From: Planctomycetota bacterium
GTDB taxonomy: Bacteria; Planctomycetota; SZUA-567; H5-PLA8
Reading direction: 5' to 3'
Length of the DNA: 64,000 nt
Assembly (NCBI GenBank): GCA_038227875.1
Contig: JBBRPR010000038.1
Coordinates: 1 to 64,000 of the forward strand
Shown here: positions 54,040 through 61,798 of the stretch, one piece after another
Position numbering within the stretch: position 1 is the stretch's first letter
How the letters are laid out: each line of letters begins with the position of its first letter
Notes under the pieces: generated by a model
What the model was told of the DNA's origin: nothing
The model's input: only the letters and a program-made list of their open reading frames with translations
Database searches by the model: none
Program-made: the position numbers and the translations under genes

Positions 54040-56442
54040 TCAGTTCTCAACAATCGTGAATTTATGATTCAACGCGTTGTAGTGAACAGATTGATAAAAC
54101 ACCGTATGGTAGAACAAAACATAGACAGGAAAATTGGCGTCGCTTTTTTCATTGAACCCATTTTGTTCCAGCACCGTCTTGTAGCTGCCCTGCAAGGTCA
54201 TGGAGAACGACGCGTTCTCAGTGCCCACTTTCGATTTGCGATGACTGATGCGCACGCGCAGATCTTTATTCAGCGTCGAACCCTGCCCCGATTTTCCCAG
54301 CAGCATCTTTTCCACTACGCCCGATGCCAGAAAAATCACCTGCTCCTTGTCGACGGTGTAGCCCGCATCCATCGGCAGCGCGCCCGTCAGGGTGATCTTG
54401 TCTCCGTTTTTGCCCAACTTTATGTCGAGATGTTTGAGCGTAAACAAGCGCGTCCCCGAAGAGGTCGCGTTTCCTGCGAACGGCGTCGACTTCGGATCGA
54501 ACGGATTCGAGCCGAGAATTTTCTCAAAGCTGTTCGGGACTCCGTCGCCGTCTGCATCGCCGTCAGACGGCAAATCCTGGACGACGAACGTCAGGAATTG
54601 CTGTGTCGTCCCCACGGCATTGGTGGCCGTGATGAGCACGCCGTACGTGCCAGCCGTGGCGAACTGGCCGTTCAGAATATACCCGAGCGAAAATGTAACG
54701 CCCGACGGCAGCGCACCCACCGAAAAGTAGATCGGCTGCGAGCCACTCGCGAAAATCGACAGCGAAAACGGCTGGCCCACGAACAGCGACACGCTACTGG
54801 GATTGGTGAAGGTCGGCGGAAGCCCCGGCGCGATCGTGATAATCAAGGTCTGGTTGGTCGTGCCGCCGGCGTTGGTGGCGGAGAGAATGACCGTGTACGT
54901 ACCGGCCACCGTCGGAGTTCCCACGATGGAAGAACCGCCGTTGATCAATCCCGGCGGCACACCAAACGCGTTGAGCACGATCGGATTGGTGCCGGTCGCC
55001 GTGATGATGTACGTGAACGGAATTCCCACGGTACCGCTGGCCGTCAGCGGGCTGGTGATGACCGGCTTGGGCGTAAGCCCGGAGGAGATGTTGACGCTGC
55101 ACGCGTAAACGTCACAACCGGAAAGCGCGCCGTCAGGGTTGTCACCGGTGCTGTTGGAGTTGTCCGACCAGCACGGATAAAACACGCCGGCGTAAAACGA
55201 CAGTGCCGTGTAGTCTCCAAAGTCGTTGGGATCGGCGGCATCGGCGCTGTTGGAGACGCCGGTGGAAACGCGAAAGTTCGGCACGAACGTGGCTCCGCCG
55301 TCAGTGCTGAAGGTCGCGTAAAATTCAACGTCGTCGTTGGGATTGCCGTTGGTGTCGCCCGGGCCGCTTCCATTATCGTTGCGGCAGTCGTACCACGAAA
55401 AGGCGATATTTCCCGTCGTCGGGTCCAGCGCAATGCGCGGCATGAACTGACTGTTCGCCGTCGCGTCGTCGTTCACGCGCGCCCGCGGCGACCAGCTCGC
55501 GCCGCCATTGTCGGAATAGCGCAGGTAGATATCCAGATCCGTGTTGCTGGGCGCCGGCGCATCGGTATAGACCATGTACACGCGCCCGGCGTGCGCTCCG
55601 CTGGTGCGATCCCATGCCAGTCCCACTTCGGCATCGACGCTGCGTGTCATCTGCGGCGGGATGAAATTGAACCCGCCGATACTCGTTGTGGTGACGAAGG
55701 TTTGTGGGCCAAAGCCGCCGGGCCCCAGTCCGTCGGCGTCCACGTGAATAAAAATATTCGACGGCCCGACTCCGCCACTGTTGTCCTGGTAGGCGATCAT
55801 CACCTGCCCCGCCGGCCCGATCGCAATATCGCCAAAATTACAGCCGTTTGAACCCGGCGCGGTTTGCAGCGGGCTGAAACCCTGAACCTGCCCCAGACCC
55901 GTGATGCGCGCGCCCGTGGCTACAAGGTTGTTCGCGGCGTCCTGAAAAAAGAACCAGACACTTTGCGACCCCGGCGTATCGCCAGGACCCGTGACCAGCG
56001 TGGGCTGGTCACCGGCCGGAAACGAAGCCAGCTTCTGAAAGGTCTTGCCCCCATCGGTGCTGAGCGCCATGACCGCAATCGTGGTCGTTGAATCGAGGTA
56101 GCCGAAAAAACAATTTCCGAACGAATCGAAGCCAATAGTCGGATCGCAGCACGCCGGGATCAAGCTATCGTTACCGTCTGCAATCACAGACGTGCTCCAG
56201 GTAACACCGGCATCCATACTATAGGCCTGAAGAATCCCGGTGGCCAAATCGTTGGCGTTGGCCGCCATCACCAGGTTATTGGGATTGGTGGGATTGATCG
56301 CGATGGCTTCTTCACACTGATGCAGCGGCCGCCGCAGGATGTTGACGTTCGCTCCGACGGTGGCCGCGACCGCGACGTCTGCGCAGAGACCGCACACCGC
56401 CAGCGCCAGAACTCCGACGCAACGAACCGCAAATCGACTCAC
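54040..56442 (-). CDS. Secreted BNR/Asp-box beta-propeller with putative Ig domains, a DxDxDG motif and a basic C-terminal domain
   Basis: GTG 56442 after GGAGG gives a signal peptide; SxDGGxTF/W Asp-boxes, FGDY; PVITSPLTASGTVG..F.Y.ITA Ig repeats; DADGDGVPN. Confidence 0.85.
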   Translation of the reverse strand: MSRFAVRCVGVLALAVCGLCADVAVAATVGANVNILRRPLHQCEEAIAINPTNPNNLVMAANANDLATGILQAYSMDAGVTWSTSVIADGNDSLIPACCDPTIGFDSFGNCFFGYLDSTTTIAVMALSTDGGKTFQKLASFPAGDQPTLVTGPGDTPGSQSVWFFFQDAANNLVATGARITGLGQVQGFSPLQTAPGSNGCNFGDIAIGPAGQVMIAYQDNSGGVGPSNIFIHVDADGLGPGGFGPQTFVTTTSIGGFNFIPPQMTRSVDAEVGLAWDRTSGAHAGRVYMVYTDAPAPSNTDLDIYLRYSDNGGASWSPRARVNDDATANSQFMPRIALDPTTGNIAFSWYDCRNDNGSGPGDTNGNPNDDVEFYATFSTDGGATFVPNFRVSTGVSNSADAADPNDFGDYTALSFYAGVFYPCWSDNSNSTGDNPDGALSGCDVYACSVNISSGLTPKPVITSPLTASGTVGIPFTYIITATGTNPIVLNAFGVPPGLINGGSSIVGTPTVAGTYTVILSATNAGGTTNQTLIITIAPGLPPTFTNPSSVSLFVGQPFSLSIFASGSQPIYFSVGALPSGVTFSLGYILNGQFATAGTYGVLITATNAVGTTQQFLTFVVQDLPSDGDADGDGVPNSFEKILGSNPFDPKSTPFAGNATSSGTRLFTLKHLDIKLGKNGDKITLTGALPMDAGYTVDKEQVIFLASGVVEKMLLGKSGQGSTLNKDLRVRISHRKSKVGTENASFSMTLQGSYKTVLEQNGFNEKSDANFPVYVLFYHTVFYQSVHYNALNHKFTIVEN

Positions 56443-56705
56443 AGATTTTCCTCCGAATGAAGCGAGCATTATTTTTCGTGATACAAATATATGCTTTTCT
56501 ATGATCGTAATGTCTTGTAATATTACTTTCAACTCTATTGTTTATATTAGTTATTTATATGTTTTACGCGCTGTCTTTCTGGGGATGGGGTCCTTGGCAC
56601 GGGTTGGAACCAATAGATTTTTAGGGCCCGACAGCCCGAACCATCGAACCGCGTCGACTCCCACGCGCTACCGCTATTCCCAAATGTAAATCGGCCAACC
56701 TACCG

Positions 56706-57090
56706 GAGGAACATTGATCTCGCGAAGACAGTCATCGGCTCGCCGTGCCGCACCGCTTGGAAGTTAAGGGCCAAAGGCCCGCCGCTATACCAGCCCAAGG
56801 CAACGCCCTGGTTGCCGTTCATGCCGTTGCCGTTCATGCCGTTGCTGTACATGCCGTTGCTGTACATGCCGTTGCTGTACATGCCGTTGCTGTTCATGCC
56901 GTTGCTTGCCATCGCCTTCAGGCGGTGGTCGCCGTTGATGCTGTTGCTGTCAGCCGGCTTCAGCCGGTCTTTCCGGCCGTTGCTGAGGAACATTGATCTC
57001 TCAGCGATTGTCATCTCATCGCCGTGCCGCACCGCCTGGAAGTTAAGGGCCAAAGGCCCACCGCTATACCAGCCTGGGGCACCGCCCCAG
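56706..57090. repeat. ~105-bp direct repeat pair flanking a 15-bp tandem array
   Basis: Copies start GAGGAACATTGATCTC at 56706 and 56985; between them (GTTGCYGTWCATGCC) x ~6.4 at 56811-56906. Confidence 0.85.
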
Positions 57091-57241
57091 GAAAAATCAC
57101 GCCATCACCTGAGAGGGCTGTAAGCCCGAACTATCGAACGCAGGCACGCCATTGTTCGGGCTTTCAGCCCTTAACGATAATGGGGACATCCAATTCCTGG
57201 GGCGTTGCCCCAGGCTGATATAGCGGCGGGCCTTTGGCCCT
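57046..57241. repeat. REPIN/MITE-like nested palindrome
   Basis: AGGGCCAAAGGCCC...CCTGGGGC is inverted at 57196-57241; inner IR AGGGCTGTAAGCCCGAAC / GTTCGGGCTTTCAGCCCT. Confidence 0.75.
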
Positions 57242-57298
57242 TTGCTCGCTACGCTCGCAACGGCAAACGGTAAAACGGCTAAACAGAAAACGGTAAAA

Positions 57299-58438
57299 CT
57301 ACGGAGTCCTGAACGCAGGCACCACCACCACCACCCGAAAACCGAAGTTGTAGCTGCGGTAGTCCGGACCGTTCCCGAAGCGGGAAGCCGACCGACAGTA
57401 CAAGGGAGAGTAGCCCCAGGAACCGCCACGCAACAAACGCGCGGCACCGTGATCCGGGCCTTGTGGGTTCTCAGTGGATGACTTCGCGTAATAATTTTCA
57501 TCCCAAAGATCCTGGCACCATTGCCAGACGTTGCCATGCATATCGTACAGTCCGAATTTGTTTGGTTCTTTCTGGCCGACAGGATGCGTTGTATTCTTAC
57601 TGTTTCCGTCATACCAGGCAACGCGGCCCAGATCGGCTTCAGCATCGCCGGAATGGTATGCGGTCGTCGTTCCCGCCCGGCAGGAATATTCCCATTCGGC
57701 TTCGGTGGGCAGGCGAACAGTCTGCTTCGTTTGCTCTGTTAACTTCTTGCAGAATACCTGCGTGTCATCCCATGAAACCATTTCAACCGGGTTGTCCTTA
57801 CCTTTGAACTGGCTGGGATTCGTTCCGATCACGGCTTGATAGTGCTCTTGCGTCACGTCGTACTTCCCAATGTAAACCGGCTGAGTCAGCGTTACTGTAT
57901 GCGCCGGCTTCTCTCTTTCGTCTGCGCTTTTAAATCGCGCTTCAGCAGCGGTGTATTCCAATCGTGCCGCCTGTAGTCCGTTCGCCGATTGCCTCCAATG
58001 CAGCCCGCTCAGCACGCATCCGCCCGTGGCGACCGTGACCAGCAGCAGCAGGCCCAGCGACACTTGCGGGCGGCGTCGTTTACGGATGGCCTGCACGAGA
58101 ACGAAGCCCAACAGGACCAGCAACGCGCCACCGCTTACCGCCAGACCAAACTGCCCTCTTGCAATCTTCTTACTGAATCCGGTTTCATCCACGGGCGTGG
58201 GAGGTGGCGTCCCCATCATGAACTTCCCAGCCGGGATCAGCACCAGTTCGAGCTTCACTCCGTTGCCGAGGTCCAGCGTCTTCGTCGGCGGAAGGTTGAC
58301 GCGTTTAGCGTAATCGGCGACGGATTCGTGACCGTCCCAGAGCGGGTATTGTGGCTCGGCGCAGTTAACGATTGAGCAGGCTGCAGCTAGTGCGACGAGA
58401 AGCGAAACGCAAATGCGAATGGGCAAGGGGTTGCGCAT
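57299..58438 (-). CDS. FGE-sulfatase (SUMF1/C-type lectin fold) domain membrane protein, paralog A
   Basis: LIPAGKFMMG, VTQ, PVEMVSW, RLPTEAEWEY, NKFGLYDMHGNVWQW, RGGSW, GFRV. Start moved to ATG 58438, which gives a signal peptide. Confidence 0.93.
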   Translation of the reverse strand: MRNPLPIRICVSLLVALAAACSIVNCAEPQYPLWDGHESVADYAKRVNLPPTKTLDLGNGVKLELVLIPAGKFMMGTPPPTPVDETGFSKKIARGQFGLAVSGGALLVLLGFVLVQAIRKRRRPQVSLGLLLLVTVATGGCVLSGLHWRQSANGLQAARLEYTAAEARFKSADEREKPAHTVTLTQPVYIGKYDVTQEHYQAVIGTNPSQFKGKDNPVEMVSWDDTQVFCKKLTEQTKQTVRLPTEAEWEYSCRAGTTTAYHSGDAEADLGRVAWYDGNSKNTTHPVGQKEPNKFGLYDMHGNVWQWCQDLWDENYYAKSSTENPQGPDHGAARLLRGGSWGYSPLYCRSASRFGNGPDYRSYNFGFRVVVVVPAFRTP

Positions 58439-58440
58439 GG

Positions 58441-59481
58441 TCACGGAGTCCTGAACGCAGGCACCAACACAATCCGAAAACCGATGGAGCCGTAGCGGAT
58501 GCGTGGAACGTACCAGCAGCGGTAAGCCGACCGACAGTACATGGGAGGGCAGAGCCAAGAACCGCCGCGCAACTCACGGATGGCACCATGATCCGGGCCT
58601 TGCGGATTTTCTGCTGGAGATTTGGAGTAGTAGTCTTCACCGTACCAGTCTTGACACCATTGCCACACGTTGCCATGCATGTCGTACAATCCAAATTTAT
58701 TGGGATCATTCTGCCCAACAGGATAAGTTGTGCTCTTGCTGTTCGCGGAGTACCACGCCACGCGATCCAAATCGGAATCCAAGTCGCCGGAATAGAATTC
58801 CGTTGTAGTTCCCGCACGGCACGCGTACTCCCATTCCGCTTCGGTAGGCAATCGCACGCCGTCTTTTGTTTGCTCGGTTACTTTTTTGCAGAACGCCCGC
58901 GCATCGTCCCAGGATACTTGCTCAACGGGGTTATCCTTGCCTATGAAATTACTAGGATTCGTTCCGATCACCGCTTGGTACTGCTCCTGCGTCACGTCGT
59001 ACTTTCCCATATAAAACGGCTGAGTCAGCGTCACCGCATGCGCGGGATGTTCGTTGGGAAAATTGTCTGGATGTTTCAACGCTTCGTTCCAGCGCACGCC
59101 GCCCCAGACGCCAATGGCCGCTACGAAGGTCATCACCAGCATCAACCCCATGGAGAACTGAGGCCGCTTGTGATTACGCCGGGCGCGGATCAACCAGACC
59201 GCCACCACGAGAAGAAGTATGCCCCCGCTGATCCCTGTCATCGATTGCCCAACTACAGGTTTTTCGTGCTCCGGCGTCCCCATGACAAACTTCCCAGCCG
59301 GGATCAGCACCAGTTCAAGCTTCACGCCGTTGCCGAGCTCCAGCGACTTCGCCGGCGGAAGGTTGACGCGTTGGGCGTAGTCGGCGACGGACTCGTGATT
59401 ATCCCAGAGCGGGAAGGCTGGCGTGGCCTCAGCGGCCGCCAGCGAACTCGCGAACAAGAAGAGCAGCATCAACAAGCGCAT
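58441..59481 (-). CDS. FGE-sulfatase domain membrane protein, paralog B
   Basis: Same motifs as paralog A; ATG 59481 gives signal peptide MRLLMLLFLFASSLAAA. Confidence 0.93.
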   Translation of the reverse strand: MRLLMLLFLFASSLAAAEATPAFPLWDNHESVADYAQRVNLPPAKSLELGNGVKLELVLIPAGKFVMGTPEHEKPVVGQSMTGISGGILLLVVAVWLIRARRNHKRPQFSMGLMLVMTFVAAIGVWGGVRWNEALKHPDNFPNEHPAHAVTLTQPFYMGKYDVTQEQYQAVIGTNPSNFIGKDNPVEQVSWDDARAFCKKVTEQTKDGVRLPTEAEWEYACRAGTTTEFYSGDLDSDLDRVAWYSANSKSTTYPVGQNDPNKFGLYDMHGNVWQWCQDWYGEDYYSKSPAENPQGPDHGAIRELRGGSWLCPPMYCRSAYRCWYVPRIRYGSIGFRIVLVPAFRTP

Positions 59482-59607
59482 AGTTGAAGCGTAGTAAATT
59501 TGGAGTGCGCATGCCATACGGGATCGGTCGCGAGCGCGTTGCCCTGATTCAATTCGGTCGCATCGCCCCGGGAAATGAAAATGCCCCCGCCATTACAATC
59601 GGTAAAA

Positions 59608-60648
59608 CTATCGAGCCCCGAACGCGGGCACCAACCTAACCCGCATTCCAAAGAGGTAGTGGCGTTGAACCGGATCGTGTCTCACGCGGCGCGCCGATCG
59701 GGAGTCCACGGGATTGAGGTTCCAGGAGCCGCCGCGCAATACACGGTAGGCTCCTTCCGCAGGGCCTTGTGGATTCTCATTCGGCAAGTTCGCATAATTT
59801 TCTTCCCACAGATCCTGACACCATTGCCAGATGTTGCCATGCATATCGTACAACCCGAAATTGTTGGGTTCCTTCTGCCCCACGGGATGCGGGGTGCGCT
59901 TGCTGTTCGCGGCGTACCACGCCACGCGATCCAAATCAGATTCCACATCGCCGGAATAGTATTCAGTCCTCGTTCCCGCGCGGCACGCATACTCCCATTC
60001 CGCTTCGGTGGGCAGACCCACACTCGAATTCGTTTGCTCAGTTACCTTTTTGCAGAACGCCTGAGCATCATCCCACGACACGTTCTCAACAGGTTTGTCC
60101 GTGCCCTTAAAATTGCTGGGATTCGTTCCGATCACCGTTTGGTACTGCTCCTGCGTCACAGCGTACTTCCCCAGATAAAACGGTTGGGTCAGCGTCACCG
60201 GACGCGCCGGATGCTCGGCGGAAAAGTAGTATTGATGTTTCAACGCTTCGTTCCAACGCACCCCGCCCCAGACACCAACCGCCGCCACAAAGGTCATCAC
60301 CAGCATAAACCCCATCGAGAACTGAGGCCGCTTGCGGTGACGCCAAGCGCGGACCAACCACACCGCCACAACGAGTAGAAGTAAGCCCCCGCTAATCCCC
60401 GTCATCGTTTGCCCGACCACAGCCTTTTCAGGCTCGGGCGTCCCCATCACAAACTTCCCCGCCGGAATCAGCACCAGCTCGAGCTTCACGCCGTTGCCGA
60501 GGTCGAGCGTTTTCGTGGGCGGGAGATTTACTTTCTTGGCGTAGTCGGCCACGGACTCCACCCCGTCCCAAAGCGGATAGGCTGGCGCAGCTTCAGACGC
60601 GGCCAGCGATCCGGCCAGCACGATGACGATGAGCGGCAACGGGCGCAT
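59608..60648 (-). CDS. FGE-sulfatase domain membrane protein, paralog C
   Basis: Same motifs as paralogs A and B; signal peptide; more diverged C-terminus. Confidence 0.93.
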   Translation of the reverse strand: MRPLPLIVIVLAGSLAASEAAPAYPLWDGVESVADYAKKVNLPPTKTLDLGNGVKLELVLIPAGKFVMGTPEPEKAVVGQTMTGISGGLLLLVVAVWLVRAWRHRKRPQFSMGFMLVMTFVAAVGVWGGVRWNEALKHQYYFSAEHPARPVTLTQPFYLGKYAVTQEQYQTVIGTNPSNFKGTDKPVENVSWDDAQAFCKKVTEQTNSSVGLPTEAEWEYACRAGTRTEYYSGDVESDLDRVAWYAANSKRTPHPVGQKEPNNFGLYDMHGNIWQWCQDLWEENYANLPNENPQGPAEGAYRVLRGGSWNLNPVDSRSARRVRHDPVQRHYLFGMRVRLVPAFGAR

Positions 60649-60709
60649 GGCCGCATTGTAACATGGATGGTGGACGAGTGCTGAATGCGGCGGCCGGGAA
60701 AAGTTGGCC

Positions 60710-60943
60710 TTATCTAAGAAGGCTCAAAAGAACGAAGACGAAACCCGCGCAGGCAACAACAACGTAAACTGAAAATAATGCAACGCCCATACGGTATCGC
60801 TGCGGCGATTCAGTCTTTCGTACCCAACGCCAAGATTGATCCATCCATCGCTGATAAAATGCAATGTTGTAGATATTGAAAAGACCGACGCATCCGATGA
60901 CTCCAATGATGCAAAGCAGCAACTCGCCTTGGGCAACACGCAT
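60710..60943 (-). CDS. Small two-TM hypothetical protein
   Basis: Two hydrophobic helices separated by a basic loop; co-oriented with the FGE genes. Confidence 0.5.
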   Translation of the reverse strand: MRVAQGELLLCIIGVIGCVGLFNIYNIAFYQRWMDQSWRWVRKTESPQRYRMGVALFSVYVVVACAGFVFVLLSLLR

Positions 60944-61221
60944 ACCGTCAGTGTGCCGCGCTCAAGGACAGAATCAAGAACGGAGACAACGCCCCTGGAA
61001 AAGCGCCCCGGAGATCCACAGAGCTCTGAAAGAGCGCAATCACCAGCCCGCGACGCGCCCTCTCGCAAGGGCCCCACATTCGCGCTCCAGAAGCCTGTGG
61101 CGCCGCCAAAATCTCAACCCGACGACAAACACATGCGACACCCCGCGACATCGCCTCAGCCCCGCAAAACGCAAAAGAGAGGAGGACCCTTCCACTCCCT
61201 TCCGCCCACCCGTAGGCAGTT

Positions 61222-61250
61222 CTTTGCGGCTTAGCGGCTTTGCGTGAGAT
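61222..61250. repeat. Short intergenic repeat, copy 2
   Basis: CTTTGCGGCTTAGCGGCTTTGCGTGAGAT, matching 52306-52334. Confidence 0.55.
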
Positions 61251-61638
61251 TTGGAACTCTTCCAATCGAGCGAGCTCGCCACGCTTCACCCCGTGCACTG
61301 CTGCACATCCTGTATTATAAAATCTTTATATCGAATCTAGAAAATAACACTTGACTTTTGGGTTCGAGAGTTGCTTAATACAATAGGAAAATATGGCGAT
61401 GCTGTCGTTTATGCCCGTCCCCGGTTCATTTCTGCCGCCAGCACGAAGCGCCCGTCGTACCGACCACTTTTAGCCAGACTCCAACCCCAACCTCGCACAC
61501 GACCATTTTAAAGGACACCACCATGCACACGCCGCACGCCCCCTACCGACCACCGACTAATTTTCGCCGGACAGAGATTTCCGAGCCGTGCAGATACCTC
61601 AAACATCATGTGCACCTATAGAGGAGAACCCCGCCCAC

Positions 61639-61668
61639 GTAACATTTTGTAACATTCCGTAACATTGC
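61639..61668 (+). promoter_or_regulatory. Three GTAACATT direct repeats at 10-bp spacing (candidate TF binding site)
   Basis: GTAACATTTT-GTAACATTCC-GTAACATTGC, about 130 nt upstream of ATG 61799. Confidence 0.5.
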
Positions 61669-61798
61669 ACATTAGGAGGACGACCCCCGAATCCCCACTC
61701 CGAATCCTGCCGCCTTCAATTCTAGTGTACAATCTTCAACATCCTCCGCCCGCCGGTGTATAACAAGCAGCACAGTTTAAAACTCAAAGGAATCCCCC

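Noticed and set aside
54016..55851. C-terminal ~600 aa of the 956-aa track ORF
   Set aside because: Arg-rich and motif-free; almost entirely antisense to a well-supported secreted protein gene.
56811..56906. Possible CRISPR array, or the 117-aa NGMYS-repeat ORF
   Set aside because: The 15-bp units are contiguous with no unique spacers and no cas genes are nearby; the ORFs here are translations of repeat DNA.
57299..60648. True formylglycine-generating enzymes (sulfatase maturation)
   Set aside because: The catalytic two-Cys motif after RGGS is not conserved across the paralogs (only B has both Cys, one at a variable codon), and no sulfatase is adjacent.
61523..61621. 32-codon ORF with an AAAGGA RBS (MHTPHAPYRPP...)
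   Set aside because: Too short and without recognisable features; cannot be supported from sequence alone.
56533..61798. Complete DGR cassette
   Set aside because: I found no reverse transcriptase, Avd-like gene or AAC-rich template repeat in the window; only target-like genes are supported.
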